NCBI GenBank assembly: GCA_963842085.1
Contig: CAWJET010000001.1
Location: forward strand, 1,792,001-1,856,000
Reading direction: 5' to 3'
DNA from: an uncultured delta proteobacterium
GTDB lineage: Bacteria > Desulfobacterota > Binatia > Binatales > Binataceae
DNA: 64,000 bases
Below the pieces are notes generated by a model that saw nothing but the letters and a program-made list of their open reading frames with translations, did no database searches and was not told the origin of the DNA. A program made the translations under genes and the position numbers. The stretch's first letter is position 1, and each line of letters opens with the position of its first letter. Shown piece by piece: positions 40,662-51,406 of this stretch.

Positions 40662-41453
40662 CTAAATCATGAATCCGCCGTCAACGCTGATGACCTGTCC
40701 GGTAACTGCGCCGGCGGCGTCGGATGCGAGCAGCGCCGCCATCGCACCCAATTCATCGGGCTCGACGATTCGCTTCTGGATGTTCTGGCTCTCGGCGAAT
40801 CGCTTGGCCTCGGCCGCGCTCACTCCCATCATCGCGCCCAGCACATTCCAATCCACCATCCGGGTGTTGGTCCATCCGGGACATAGCACGTTCACGTTGA
40901 TGCCATGCGGGGCGGCGGCATAAGCGAGCGAGCGCGTGAAGCCGATGAGGCCGTGCTTCGCGGCCGAGTAGGCGAGCGGGCCGCCGCCGTTTTTCGCATA
41001 GCCGGAGCCGATGCTGATGATGCGGCCCCACTTCTGTTTGATCATGTAGGGCAGCGCGGCGTGAGTCGCATAGAACGCCTGGGTCAGGTTCAGGAACAGG
41101 TTGTCCTCGAACGCACGCGGGTCGTGATTGAGCGGATCGAGGTGAAGCGGGTTCTCCGCGATCACGCCGCCCGCGTTGTTGATCAGGATGTCGAGACCGC
41201 CGAGTTTGCGCGCAGCCTCATCGACGCCCGCGGTAATCCGCTCGCGGCTCATCACGTCGATGATGACCGCGAAGCCACGCTGCCCGCGCTGCCCAATCTC
41301 GCTCGCGACCGCGTCCAGCTCGCCCTGCGAGCGGGCGGCGACCGCGACGTCGGAGCCCGCGTCTGCCAGCGCAAGCGCCATCGAGCGGCCAATCCCGCGC
41401 CCGCCGCCGGTTACCAGCGCACGCCGCCCATGCAGATCAATCAGTTGCTTCAT
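40662..41453 (-). CDS. Short-chain dehydrogenase/reductase
   Basis: TGGGRGIG, NNAG, YSAAK, VNVLCPG, GQVISVDGG. Confidence 0.93.
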   Translation of the reverse strand: MKQLIDLHGRRALVTGGGRGIGRSMALALADAGSDVAVAARSQGELDAVASEIGQRGQRGFAVIIDVMSRERITAGVDEAARKLGGLDILINNAGGVIAENPLHLDPLNHDPRAFEDNLFLNLTQAFYATHAALPYMIKQKWGRIISIGSGYAKNGGGPLAYSAAKHGLIGFTRSLAYAAAPHGINVNVLCPGWTNTRMVDWNVLGAMMGVSAAEAKRFAESQNIQKRIVEPDELGAMAALLASDAAGAVTGQVISVDGGFMI

Positions 41454-41799
41454 TTCGCTGCCGCTCCATTTGTCGAATGCTTCTTCGGCTTCGATCGTTT
41501 TTGTCTCATCCCTCCGCAGATTTTTGCAAATGGGCGTGGCGCATAATGCGGCCTGGATGCGAACTCGTCTCCGCTTGATCGCGCAAACTCTACGGTTCGT
41601 GTAGGCTTCCCGCGCGTGAGCTCGGGTTACCCGGGCCGATGCCCGAAAGCGCCGATTTTTGTGACGAACTCGCGGAGATGTTGCCGAGCCTGGAGAGTTG
41701 AACGCGGTTCGCCCTGCTTCAATCGGAGCCGTAACCTTCGGACGCTTTCGGAGGTTCTACTAGTCACGCCCCCCCTAGCGATCGCCGAGGAGCAGTCCC

Positions 41800-42186
41800 A
41801 TGAGCGCCACTAACAAGCATATTCAACCCGGCTACACGACAATCACGCCCTACCTGTATGCGAAGCTCGACCTTATAGACTTTCTCAAGAATGCTTTCGG
41901 CGCCGAGGTGAAACATACTCCGGCGCCTGACGCTGAGGGGCAATTTCACGCCGAGGCCAGAATTGGCGACGCGCAACTGCTGTTTGGCAACGGCTATTTT
42001 TCCGATCCCTCGATGGCAGCGGCGATTTATCTCTACGTTCCCGACGTCGATGCGACCTACAAACTCGCGGTGAGCCTCGGCGCCAAAGCAATCAGAGAAC
42101 CGGCCGACATGACCTGGGGCGACCGCGTCGGCGGCGTGAAGGACACCTCCGGCAACACCTGGTGGATTGCTACCAATAAGAAGTGA
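41800..42186 (+). CDS. VOC/PhnB-like glyoxalase family protein
   Basis: ITPYL, HAEARIGD, YVPDVDA.Y..A...GA, WGDR.GGVKD..GN.WWIA. Confidence 0.9.
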   Translation: MSATNKHIQPGYTTITPYLYAKLDLIDFLKNAFGAEVKHTPAPDAEGQFHAEARIGDAQLLFGNGYFSDPSMAAAIYLYVPDVDATYKLAVSLGAKAIREPADMTWGDRVGGVKDTSGNTWWIATNKK

Positions 42187-42198
42187 GCGAATCATCCG

Positions 42199-42684
42199 AT
42201 GGCACATCCTCGCATGTATGACGATTCGAATCCTGCGATAAAGCGGTTGCGCGAGATCTGTCTGGCGTTGCCCGAAGTCTTCGAAAAGGAAGCGTGGGGC
42301 GAGTGTACGTTTCGCGTTACCGGCGGAAGCATGTTCGCCATGACCGACAACAATCACCACGGTAGCGGCCACGTCGCAGTCTGGGTCAAAGCGCCCGCGA
42401 TGGTTCAAGAGATTCTGGTCAACTCGGATCCCGAGCGGTTTTTCGTCCCGCCATATATGGGCAAACAGGGATGGGTCGGCGTTCGCATCGACCGCAAAGC
42501 CAAATGGGACCACTTGGCGGCGATTCTTAAAGATGGCTACCTAATGTCGGCGCCTAAAAAATCTCGGGCTGGAGCGCCAGCGCGGCTTGTCGCTGTCGCG
42601 GTTTCGACCGTCTCGCCTCCAAAGCGAACCTCCCGGCCAGCGCGACGAAAAAAAACGTCCGGCCAAGTCCGCTACGAAACCTGA
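42199..42684 (+). CDS. MmcQ/YjbR family protein
   Basis: LREICLALPE..E...WG..TFRV, FFVPPYMG..GWVG, Y...APK. Confidence 0.88.
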   Translation: MAHPRMYDDSNPAIKRLREICLALPEVFEKEAWGECTFRVTGGSMFAMTDNNHHGSGHVAVWVKAPAMVQEILVNSDPERFFVPPYMGKQGWVGVRIDRKAKWDHLAAILKDGYLMSAPKKSRAGAPARLVAVAVSTVSPPKRTSRPARRKKTSGQVRYET

Positions 42685-42832
42685 ACACGCGGAACTCACC
42701 CGCTCATAGACGGCTTTTGCACCGCGTGACGCCAGCCAGCGCCCGCCTGTGCCGACTGTCGGATAATTGCCTTTGCAAACCAACGCTATCGGCAGATAGT
42801 TGTGGTGATCGCTCCGCCACGGGGGTTGAGTT

Positions 42833-43993
42833 ATGGATTTCGAGCTGGATGAAGAGCATCGCATCTTTCGCGACAACTTGCGCAAGTTCCTGGAAGCCGA
42901 ACTCCGCCCGCTCGATGAAAAATGGGGCGACGAGGAGATGGTTCCTGAGCGCGCGCGCCAACTGACGAAAATGCTGGTGCCGTGGGGCTATCTGGGCGAC
43001 GCGCGCAGCGACGATCCTTTCATCAGCTGCATCATGACCGAGGAGCTGGCGCGCATCTTTCCCAGCGCGGCGGGAATCGTCGGCATGACGGCGGGAGCGG
43101 GATGGTCGATTTCCCGGCGTGCGCATCCCGAAGTGGCGAAGCGTTTCGGGCCGCCGCTCCTGGCCGGCGATCTGATCGGCGCCAACGCCATCAGCGAACC
43201 CAATGTCGGTTCCGATCCGTCGTCGATCCAGTGCCGCGCGGAGCGCAAGGGCGATAGCTATGTGATCAACGGCACCAAGTGCTGGATCAGCAACGGCCAT
43301 ATCGCGGACGTGGTGGTGCTGGTCGCGCAGACCGATCCCAAGCTCGGCCCCGCGGGAGTGCGTCAATTCGTGGTTGATCGCCGCGAGTCTCCGTTCAAGA
43401 GCCGCGACATCGAGACCATCGGGCTCAAGGCGTTCCCGACCTCCGAGCTGTTTTTCGACGACGTTGCGATTCCGGCAACTCATCGGCTCGACGGATGGGA
43501 GGACTCGGGCACGGCGGCCGATCCGGCGAAGTCGTTTCCCCAGGTGTTGCAGGCGATCTCCGCGGCGCGCGTCGGAACCGCGCTGATTTCGGTGGGTATC
43601 GCGCAGCGGGCGTTTGAGATTGCGCTCGCGTACGTGAAGGTCCGCAAACAATTCGGCAAGGAGATCGGCCGCTTCCAACTGGTCCAGGAAATGATCGCCG
43701 AGATGGCGACCGACATCGACGCCGGCCGCCTGCTCTGTTATCGGGCGATGCAGCTCTCGCACAGAGCGCGAAGCGACGCAGAGGTATCGATGGCGAAGGC
43801 GTATGCGACTGAGATGGGCGTGCGGGTGGCTTCCACGGCGATTCAGGCGATGGGCGCGATCGGGCTTGCGGTCGAGAACAGAGTGGAGCGATGCCTGCGC
43901 GACGCGCGGATGCTGACGATACCCGACGGCACAACGCAGATTCAGAACCTAATCATCGGCCGCGCCCTGATCGGAATGTCCGCGATCCGGTAA
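42833..43993 (+). CDS. Acyl-CoA dehydrogenase
   Basis: ISEPNVGSD, INGTKCWISNG, RKQFGKEIG.FQLVQ, RDAR...IPDGTTQIQ. Confidence 0.94.
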   Translation: MDFELDEEHRIFRDNLRKFLEAELRPLDEKWGDEEMVPERARQLTKMLVPWGYLGDARSDDPFISCIMTEELARIFPSAAGIVGMTAGAGWSISRRAHPEVAKRFGPPLLAGDLIGANAISEPNVGSDPSSIQCRAERKGDSYVINGTKCWISNGHIADVVVLVAQTDPKLGPAGVRQFVVDRRESPFKSRDIETIGLKAFPTSELFFDDVAIPATHRLDGWEDSGTAADPAKSFPQVLQAISAARVGTALISVGIAQRAFEIALAYVKVRKQFGKEIGRFQLVQEMIAEMATDIDAGRLLCYRAMQLSHRARSDAEVSMAKAYATEMGVRVASTAIQAMGAIGLAVENRVERCLRDARMLTIPDGTTQIQNLIIGRALIGMSAIR

Positions 43994-43995
43994 TC

Positions 43996-44577
43996 ATGAA
44001 GGCAGACGATCCGATCGCGCGATTTACTCGATGGTTTCGTCAGGAAGTGGCTGCGGGCACCGACCTGCCGGAATCGATGGCGCTGGCTACTTGCGGCCTC
44101 GACGGCATACCCAGCGTGCGCTACGTCCTGCTCAAGCAAGCCGATGAGCGAGGGTTTTCCTTCTACACAGACATCCGCAGTCTCAAGGGCCGGCAAATTG
44201 CGCAAAATCCCCGCGCCGCACTGGCCTTCTACTGGCCGCGGAGGGGACGTCAGATCAGGATCGACGGTTCGGTCGAGCGGATGACCGCGCACGAAGCGGA
44301 CGAGTATTGGGCGACCAGGCCGATAGACAGCAGGTTTTCGGCCAGCGCGTCGCACCAGAACCATCCGCTGAAAAACCGCGAAGAGCTAACTGCGCGGGTC
44401 GCCAGGCTCCGGCGGGAATTGAAGGGCAAGCCGCCGATTCGGCCGAATTACTGGCTCGGACTCCGCGTGGTGCCTAATCGGATCGAATTCTGGGTGCGCG
44501 CTCCCTTCCGGTTGCATCGGCGCGAGTTGTTCGTGCGAAGCGGGGGCCGATGGCGCAAGACACTGCTCCAGCCCTGA
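43996..44577 (+). CDS. pdxH: Pyridoxine/pyridoxamine 5'-phosphate oxidase
   Basis: MALAT...PSVRYVLLK, S.KG.Q...NP, RQIRIDG, EFW....RLH.R, LQP. Confidence 0.88.
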   Translation: MKADDPIARFTRWFRQEVAAGTDLPESMALATCGLDGIPSVRYVLLKQADERGFSFYTDIRSLKGRQIAQNPRAALAFYWPRRGRQIRIDGSVERMTAHEADEYWATRPIDSRFSASASHQNHPLKNREELTARVARLRRELKGKPPIRPNYWLGLRVVPNRIEFWVRAPFRLHRRELFVRSGGRWRKTLLQP

Positions 44578-44713
44578 ACACTGCTTCCGATCGAAACAGT
44601 CCCTGCATCGAAACCACCCAGATTCCAGAAATCCCGCGGAAACAACGCACACAGAAAGGCTCACGCTCCAAGGCTGCAATGTGCGCAAACAACCGTTGGG
44701 ATGCGCGCTTACG

Positions 44714-44729
44714 TGGCACGTTCGATGCA
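44714..44729 (+). promoter_or_regulatory. Sigma-54 promoter candidate for the ACAD + CoA-ligase pair
   Basis: TGGCACGTTCGATGCA, a near-perfect match to TGGCACG-N4-TTGCW. Confidence 0.65.
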
Positions 44730-44805
44730 CCGTGATCGAAAGCTGAAGCCGGTAAGCTGGCGATCACGGCTCTCGGAAGCCGCAGCGCGAGGAGAAAACA
44801 GGCCG

Positions 44806-46077
44806 ATGGATACTTACCGTGAACTCTGTATGGGGGTCCCGAAAGAATACGAGTCGCTGCGCGAGAACGCTCATCGCTTCGCGAAGGAAGTGATGCGTCC
44901 AGCCGCGATCGAACTCGATCGCATGGCAGATCCCAGGGACGTCATCGCCCCGGATTCTCCGCTAAGACGCGTACTGAAGCAGGCCTACGGCCTTGGCTAT
45001 CATGTGGCGGGAATCCCGGTCGCGATGGGTGGGCTGGGACTCGATCCGCTCGCGACTCACATCCTGCATGAGGAACTGGCGTGGGGCTCGGTCGATCTGG
45101 CGCTGGCGATCGGATGCTCAGGGTTCCCGTCGTTCGTCGCCGCCACCAGCGGAAATCCCGATCTGTACGAAAACTTCGTGAAGCCCTACGTCGAGGACCG
45201 CGAAGCCGCCTTCATAGGATGCTGGGCTATCACCGAGCCCAACCATGGCTCAGATCACATAATGGTGGGCACGCCCGAGTATCACAATCCGAAGGTGCAG
45301 GGCGAAGTTGTCGCGCGCGTTGAGGGCGACTCCTACGTCATCAAGGGCCAGAAGTCGTCATGGGTTTCCAATGGCACCATCGCGACTCACGCGGCGCTCT
45401 ATCTAAGAATCGAATCCAATTCGTCTCATGCAGCGACCGGAATGTCCGGCGGCGGCGTCGCAGTGGTTCCGCTCAACTTGCCGGGAGTGTCGAAGGGCAA
45501 GCCACTCAACAAACTGGGGCAACGCGCGCTAAACCAGGGCGAGATCTTCTTCGACAACGTGCGCATCCCGCGCCATTACATGGTGGTGAACTCCGATGCC
45601 TATGAGCAGCACACGATCGCGACGCTGACCGGGGCCAACGGCGGCATGTCCACCGCATTTACCGGTCTCGCCCGCGCCGCATATGAGGCCGCACTCGACT
45701 ATTCGAAGGAGCGCATCCAGGGCGGGCAGCCCATCTGCGAGCATCAGCTCGTGCAGAAGCGCCTGTTCGAAATGTTCACCAAGGTCGAGGCATGTCGCGC
45801 CCTTTCGCGTGCGGTTACCGTTTACAACAGCTCGTCGGGAGCGCCTTCGCTCCAACATGCGATCGCCGCGAAGACCTTCTGCACGCAGGCCGCATTCGAG
45901 GTGACCAGCGATGCCTTGCAGATATTCGGCGGCAACGGGCTGAGCAAGGAATATCCGGTCGAGAAGATGTTCCGCGATGCGCGGGCCTCGCTGATCGAGG
46001 ACGGCACCAACGATGTCCTGAGCCTGGCTGGCGCGCGGCACATCCTGGCCGAGGCCGATGGCCACGCGCACGCGTAG
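44806..46077 (+). CDS. Acyl-CoA dehydrogenase
   Basis: ITEPNHGSD, GQKSSWVSNG, RIQGG.PI.EHQLV, FRDARASLIEDGTN; GAGGAG RBS. Confidence 0.93.
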   Translation: MDTYRELCMGVPKEYESLRENAHRFAKEVMRPAAIELDRMADPRDVIAPDSPLRRVLKQAYGLGYHVAGIPVAMGGLGLDPLATHILHEELAWGSVDLALAIGCSGFPSFVAATSGNPDLYENFVKPYVEDREAAFIGCWAITEPNHGSDHIMVGTPEYHNPKVQGEVVARVEGDSYVIKGQKSSWVSNGTIATHAALYLRIESNSSHAATGMSGGGVAVVPLNLPGVSKGKPLNKLGQRALNQGEIFFDNVRIPRHYMVVNSDAYEQHTIATLTGANGGMSTAFTGLARAAYEAALDYSKERIQGGQPICEHQLVQKRLFEMFTKVEACRALSRAVTVYNSSSGAPSLQHAIAAKTFCTQAAFEVTSDALQIFGGNGLSKEYPVEKMFRDARASLIEDGTNDVLSLAGARHILAEADGHAHA

Positions 46078-46118
46078 CAGCTACGGCCGGATTTGATTGA
46101 TCGCGATGGAGGTTGCCG

Positions 46119-47690
46119 ATGGCACGTGCACAGGGAGCGATTGAGCAGCTGATCAGGCTGCGCGTGAAACAGCATCCACACGAAACCTGGCTCAAGTTCA
46201 AAGACCAGGAATTTTCGTGGGAGCAAGTGTTGAGTAACATTCATCGCGCTGCGAACGGCTTGCTTGCTCTCGGCATCGCGCCCGGCGACCGCGTCGCGAT
46301 CATGATGGGCAATCGCCCCGAATTTTTGTGGATCCACTTCGCGATCGGTTTCATCGGCGCGGTGAGCGTTCCCGTCAACACCTCGCAGCGCGGCGTGACA
46401 TTGCATCACGTGCTCGCGGACTCCGACTCCGCGGCGGTGATCTTCGAAGAGCTACTGCGCGATTCAGTGATGGCGGTAAAGGACTCGCTGCCGAGCCTGA
46501 AGGCAATGGTGTCAGCCGACGGCAAGACCGGCAAGGGAGTAGATACCACCGTGGACGCCCTGATGGCGCATCCCGATCGGGAACCCGACGTCGATGTAGG
46601 CTCAAGCGCCGGCGGCGCAAATATGATGTACACCTCGGGCACCACCGGGCCTCCGAAAGGCGTCATCGCCAGCGGCGGGGATAGCACCGCGATCGGTGCG
46701 GTGCTGGGCGCCTTAAAGGTACGCCCCGGCGAGACCATCTACACCGCGCTCCCGCTGTTTCACGGCAACGCGCTGATGATCTCGGGATTCGGCTCGATGC
46801 TGCTTGATACCAAATTCGCGATCGCCGAGCGCTTCAGCGCATCGCGATTCTGGGACGAATGCCGCAAGTACCACGCCGTCGAGTTCAACACTCTGGGAGG
46901 CATGATTCCGATTCTGCTCAAGCAGCCGCCGCGTCCCGACGATCGCAAGCACGAAGTGCGGGTGGTGCTCTCGGCAGCATGCCCGGCATCGGTGTGGAAG
47001 GAATTCACGGATCGTTTCGGCGTCAGGATCATCGAAGTTTATGGAATGGTCGATTCGCCCGGTTTCCTGATGAACGACGTTGACCGCGTCGGCTCGATGG
47101 GCAAGCCGGTCGGCGAGGTCGAGTTCCGCGTGGTCGACGACAACGACATTCCGCTCCCGGCCGGCAAGGTCGGCGAACTCGTCTTCCGGCATCCCAAGGG
47201 GCAGCTCAGTCACTATCACAAGCTGCCCGATGCAACTGCGGAGGCATACCGCAACGGATGGTTTCATTCGGGCGATCTCGCCAGGACCGACGAGGACGGT
47301 TTCTATTATTTCTGCGGACGCAAGAAGGCGTCGATTCGGCGCCGCGGCGAGAATATTTCCGCCTGGGAGATCGAGACCGTCGTTGATCAGCATCCCGCGG
47401 TGTTGGAGTCGGCAGCCTACGCGGTGCCGTCGGAACTCGGGGAGGATGAAGTCAAGATCGCGGTCGTGCTGGCGCCCAACGCGAAACTTCGCCCCGAAGA
47501 GCTCATCGAGTTTTGCCGCGATCGGATGGCCTACTACGCGGTGCCGCGGTATATCGAATTTATCGACGAGCTTCCCAAGACCGGCACTCAGCGCATCCAG
47601 TATGCGGCCCTGAAGGCGCGGGGCGTCGCCGGCGCGTGGGATCGCGAGCAGGCAGGCATCAAGGTCGAACGAGCACGCACGCCGGCATGA
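46119..47690 (+). CDS. ATP-dependent acyl-CoA ligase (CaiC-like AMP-binding enzyme)
   Basis: YTSGTTGPPKG, LPLFH, YGM.D, GWFHSGD, RRRGENIS, PKTGTQRI. Confidence 0.93.
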   Translation: MARAQGAIEQLIRLRVKQHPHETWLKFKDQEFSWEQVLSNIHRAANGLLALGIAPGDRVAIMMGNRPEFLWIHFAIGFIGAVSVPVNTSQRGVTLHHVLADSDSAAVIFEELLRDSVMAVKDSLPSLKAMVSADGKTGKGVDTTVDALMAHPDREPDVDVGSSAGGANMMYTSGTTGPPKGVIASGGDSTAIGAVLGALKVRPGETIYTALPLFHGNALMISGFGSMLLDTKFAIAERFSASRFWDECRKYHAVEFNTLGGMIPILLKQPPRPDDRKHEVRVVLSAACPASVWKEFTDRFGVRIIEVYGMVDSPGFLMNDVDRVGSMGKPVGEVEFRVVDDNDIPLPAGKVGELVFRHPKGQLSHYHKLPDATAEAYRNGWFHSGDLARTDEDGFYYFCGRKKASIRRRGENISAWEIETVVDQHPAVLESAAYAVPSELGEDEVKIAVVLAPNAKLRPEELIEFCRDRMAYYAVPRYIEFIDELPKTGTQRIQYAALKARGVAGAWDREQAGIKVERARTPA

Positions 47691-47711
47691 CCCGTTCGCC
47701 TTTGAGGGGCG

Positions 47712-47717
47712 TATAAT
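47712..47717 (+). promoter_or_regulatory. Consensus -10 box upstream of the nitroreductase
   Basis: TATAAT 33 bp upstream of the ATG; no clear -35. Confidence 0.35.
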
Positions 47718-47750
47718 GGCGGCACGAGTTCCGCGACCCGAGGAGGGACA

Positions 47751-48533
47751 ATGGAATATCAGGAATTAATCGGCACGCGACGTTCGATTCGCTTCTTCGA
47801 TCCCAAGCGACCGGTCGAACAGGACAAGATTCAGAAAATTCTGGAGGCTTGCCTGATCGCTTCATGCGCCGTCAATGCGCATTGGCTCCGCGCAATCGTG
47901 GTCAAGCGCGATGACATACCGAAGGCCGAACTCGAGAAGCTGAAGAACCCGGTGCAGGCCATCGTTATCGAACTCGCGCCGGTGCATATCTACTTCTATG
48001 CCGACCTCGGCGTTGTGAATCGGGTCAAGGGCGCCCGTCTCCGGCAGTTAGTCGATGCAAATGTCGTGGCATCGACCCACGGCTGGAGCATCAAGTTCGT
48101 CGATGAGGTCGTATATCCGATGATCCTCAAGCCGATGACCGAATCGCCGCACTATCCGGCCATGGCCGCTTTCGATTGCGGCGTCGCGGCGTGCCAGGGC
48201 CTGCTGATGGCGTTCGAACAAGGGCTCGGTGCGTGCCTGACCGCGTTCAACGCACCCATCATCGGCGCGATCACCAAGCCGCCTGCGGACTGGTTCCCGC
48301 TCTATCAGCTCAACATCGGCTACTCGCTGGAGTCTCGCGAAGCGGGCGGGCAGCGGCCGCGGCCTCCGTTCGAGGAGCAGTACTTCCTCGGCAAGTACGG
48401 AAATCCGTTTCCGCGCGATCCCAAAGTGGTCGAGGAGCTGAAGAAATCGAAGATGCTGCAAGCGCCGGCGCCGCTTCCGGGCCGCAAAGAGGAACTGCGC
48501 CGCCTGGCACGGCAGCTGAATCTGCCGGAGTGA
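47751..48533 (+). CDS. Nitroreductase-family (FMN-binding) protein
   Basis: RRSIRFF....V...KI..ILEA; LLMAFEQGLGAC; IGY...RPR. Confidence 0.82.
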   Translation: MEYQELIGTRRSIRFFDPKRPVEQDKIQKILEACLIASCAVNAHWLRAIVVKRDDIPKAELEKLKNPVQAIVIELAPVHIYFYADLGVVNRVKGARLRQLVDANVVASTHGWSIKFVDEVVYPMILKPMTESPHYPAMAAFDCGVAACQGLLMAFEQGLGACLTAFNAPIIGAITKPPADWFPLYQLNIGYSLESREAGGQRPRPPFEEQYFLGKYGNPFPRDPKVVEELKKSKMLQAPAPLPGRKEELRRLARQLNLPE

Positions 48534-48542
48534 TCGCGGCGT

Positions 48543-49361
48543 TCAGGAACGATCGCTGAAGATGCGCGCGTAAGTTTTTTGTGTAGCCGCCGCTTGTTCC
48601 TGCGCCTTTCTGCGCTCCTCGGGCGTTGCCATCCCGGCGATCATCTTTCGCTCCAGAGCAATCGCATCTTTCAGCGGTAGTTCCGCTCCGCGATTAACCA
48701 ACTGTTTTGCTGCTTTGAGCGCATAGGCAGCCCGCTCGACATAAACGCCCGCCATCTTCTCGCACTCCTTGATCAACTCCGCGGCCGGCGCCACGCAATT
48801 AACCAGCCCCACTCGAAGCGCTTCTTCCGCGGTCCACGGAAGTCCGCTGAAAATCATCTCTTTGGCAACGCCGGGCCCGACCAGGCGCGGAAGGCGTTGC
48901 GTTCCCCCGCCGGCAGGGAGAGCACCGAACCGGATTTCCGGGAGACCGATCGTGGCGGTATCAGAAATAACTCTGACGTCGCATGCCAGCGCGATTTCGC
49001 AGCCGCCGCCCATCGCGGCGCCGTTGATTGCCGCGATGACCGGGACGCGGGATTCTTCGAGCGCGCTGAAGAGATCGCGTTGCGGTATCACAAAGTCTCC
49101 GCTGCCCTGACGCTGTGCGCCGATCGACGCGCGCTCGCGGGCGCGCTCAGCGAAGTCCCGCAGATCGGCGCCGCCGCAGAAGTGTTTGCCGGCGCCGGTG
49201 ACAATGACGACGCGGTACTCTGGGTCCGCTTCGACTTCGTCCATCGCGCCGACCACTTCGCGCATGAGCTTGAAGCTGATCGTGTTCGCGCGATCGGGAC
49301 GGTTCAGCGTCAGGTAGCCGATTCCTTCCTTGCGCTCGAGAATTATCGTTTCGTATTTCAT
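48543..49361 (-). CDS. Enoyl-CoA hydratase/isomerase
   Basis: LTLNRPD, FCGGADL, GGGCEIALACD, LPEIRFG, GGTQRLPRLVG; both catalytic Glu present. Confidence 0.93.
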   Translation of the reverse strand: MKYETIILERKEGIGYLTLNRPDRANTISFKLMREVVGAMDEVEADPEYRVVIVTGAGKHFCGGADLRDFAERARERASIGAQRQGSGDFVIPQRDLFSALEESRVPVIAAINGAAMGGGCEIALACDVRVISDTATIGLPEIRFGALPAGGGTQRLPRLVGPGVAKEMIFSGLPWTAEEALRVGLVNCVAPAAELIKECEKMAGVYVERAAYALKAAKQLVNRGAELPLKDAIALERKMIAGMATPEERRKAQEQAAATQKTYARIFSDRS

Positions 49362-49376
49362 GCTGTTCCCCATCGA

Positions 49377-50168
49377 CTAAATCGCGAACGAATAGCCGCC
49401 GTTGACCGGAATCGTTTGTCCGGTGATCCAGCTCGACGCGTCGGAACTCAAAAACAGGATCATGTTGGCTGCGTCCTCCGGCTCGCCAAGTCGCTTGATC
49501 TGGTAAACCTTTAGCATTCGCTTGACCGTTTCTGGATCGGAGGTGGCGCGCTCGATGGCCGGCGTGCGCGTCGCGCCCAGTGCGACACAATTGGCGGTGA
49601 CTCCCGCGCGGCCGAGGTCCTTGGCCACCGCCCGCATGAAGCCCGCAGCGCCCGCCTTGGCGCCCGAGTAGATTTCCAGGTTAGGCTCGCCCACGCGACC
49701 CGCATCCGAGATCACCGTCACGATCTTGCCGTACTTGTTCGCGAGCATCGCGGGTCCTGCCACTCGCACGCAGTTCAGCACGCCGAAGAGGTTGGTGCCG
49801 AGGAAGGGCTCCCAGTCTTTCGGCTCCTGTTCCCAGAAGGGTTTGCGTGCGACGGCGCTTGGATCGGCGCCGGCATTGCCCGCGTTGTTGACCAAAATAT
49901 CGACTTTGCCGAAAGTCGCCCGCGCTTTTTCAAACATCGCGGTGACCGACGCGAAATTGGTCACGTCGCACTGCGCCGCGATCGCTTTGACGCCCAGCTT
50001 TTCCACTTCGGCTGCCACCGCTTCGGCGCGCTCGAGGCGGAAATCGTTGACGACTACGCCGCCGGCGTTGTTCTGTGCGAAACGAAGCGCGACCGCGCGC
50101 CCCACGCCTTGTCCGGCACCGGTCACAAGGCCGACGCGTCCCTTGAGATCGAGGATATTGACGCTCAC
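49377..50168 (-). CDS. SDR, 3-hydroxyacyl-CoA dehydrogenase-like (BadH-like)
   Basis: TGAGQGVG, NNAG, SDAGRVGE, YSGAK, GQTIPVNGG. Confidence 0.92.
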   Translation of the reverse strand: MSVNILDLKGRVGLVTGAGQGVGRAVALRFAQNNAGGVVVNDFRLERAEAVAAEVEKLGVKAIAAQCDVTNFASVTAMFEKARATFGKVDILVNNAGNAGADPSAVARKPFWEQEPKDWEPFLGTNLFGVLNCVRVAGPAMLANKYGKIVTVISDAGRVGEPNLEIYSGAKAGAAGFMRAVAKDLGRAGVTANCVALGATRTPAIERATSDPETVKRMLKVYQIKRLGEPEDAANMILFLSSDASSWITGQTIPVNGGYSFAI

Positions 50169-50193
50169 GTTTCACCTCCAAATGATTGGCGTT

Positions 50194-51405
50194 CTAGGCG
50201 AGCACTCCCGCCTCGCCCAATTGCGCGATTTCCGTTTCCGAGATTCCCAAGACCGCGGTCAGCACCTCTTTCGTATGCTCACCGATTCGAGGCCCGCGCC
50301 GCGTCGCGGGAAGGTTGGTGCGAGCGAGCGAGAAACGCGGCCCCTCGATCACTGCCTCGCCGAAAACCCGATCGTTGATCTTGTTAAGGTGTCCCGCTGC
50401 GAGAAGATCGGCATCGCGCGCGAGGTCGCCGCCCCGGCTGACGACATGAGCGGGCACTCCCGCGGCTTGAAGGCGGTGCTCGATGGCATCCACTTCCTGT
50501 CCATGAGTCCAGCCAGCGATCGCCTGGTCCAGCTCGGCGCGATTGCGCAGCCGGCCGATGATCGTGTCGAACTTCGCATCGCGCAACTCGACGCCGATCA
50601 CGGCGCGAAGTGCCTCCCAATGAGTTGGAGCTGAAGCGTCGATCGCGATCCATCGATCCTCCCCGCTGCACGGATATACTCCCTGCGGCGCCTGCAGCGG
50701 CGATCCTGCAACTCCGCGGCGTTCCGGAATCGTGCCGTTCGCGGCGTATTCGTAATATGCGGGCATCATGAACTGAATTCCCGCTTCGGCTTGCGCGACA
50801 TCTATATAGCATCCCATCCCGGTGCGCGATCGGCGATGGAGCGCCGCGAGGATGCTCGCCACGATAAACCTCGGCGTCACCGCGTCGGTCCACGGACCCC
50901 ACGGCCCGGTGGGCTCGCGATCGGTCCATCCGATTTGATACGTCGCGCCTGACATCGCCGCGCCCATCGTGCCGACGCCACTGGTGCCCTTCGCGTACGG
51001 TCCGGTCTGTCCGAGCAGGCTCGTCGACGCCATGATGATCCGGCCGTTGCTATTCTTCAGATCTGCGTAGCCGAGATGAAGCGTCTCGAGCACGCCGGGT
51101 GTAAAGCTTTCCAGCACGACATCCGCCCAAGCCGTCAGTCGCAGGACTATCTCGCGCCCCTCGGGACGGCGGATATCGATCGCGACGCATCGTTTGCCCG
51201 CGTTGAGGTTGTGATAGCTGACCGAGCGTTCGGGCCCCATCTTCCCGTCCTTGAACGGACCGAGCGTGCGAACCGGATCGATGCGTTTCGAGCTTTCGAC
51301 CTTGATCACGTCGGCGCCCATGTCGGCCAGGCAGCGCCCGCTGGCCGGCCCGACCATCACCCAACTCAAATCGAGCACATGAACGCCGTCGAGCGGTGCC
51401 GACAT
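50194..51405 (-). CDS. Family III (CaiB/BaiF) CoA-transferase, catalytic subunit
   Basis: PLDGVHVLDL...GP...LADMGADVIKVE, N.GKR, Asp in WTDA, GEHT..VL. Confidence 0.9.
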   Translation of the reverse strand: MSAPLDGVHVLDLSWVMVGPASGRCLADMGADVIKVESSKRIDPVRTLGPFKDGKMGPERSVSYHNLNAGKRCVAIDIRRPEGREIVLRLTAWADVVLESFTPGVLETLHLGYADLKNSNGRIIMASTSLLGQTGPYAKGTSGVGTMGAAMSGATYQIGWTDREPTGPWGPWTDAVTPRFIVASILAALHRRSRTGMGCYIDVAQAEAGIQFMMPAYYEYAANGTIPERRGVAGSPLQAPQGVYPCSGEDRWIAIDASAPTHWEALRAVIGVELRDAKFDTIIGRLRNRAELDQAIAGWTHGQEVDAIEHRLQAAGVPAHVVSRGGDLARDADLLAAGHLNKINDRVFGEAVIEGPRFSLARTNLPATRRGPRIGEHTKEVLTAVLGISETEIAQLGEAGVLA

Positions 51406-51406
51406 C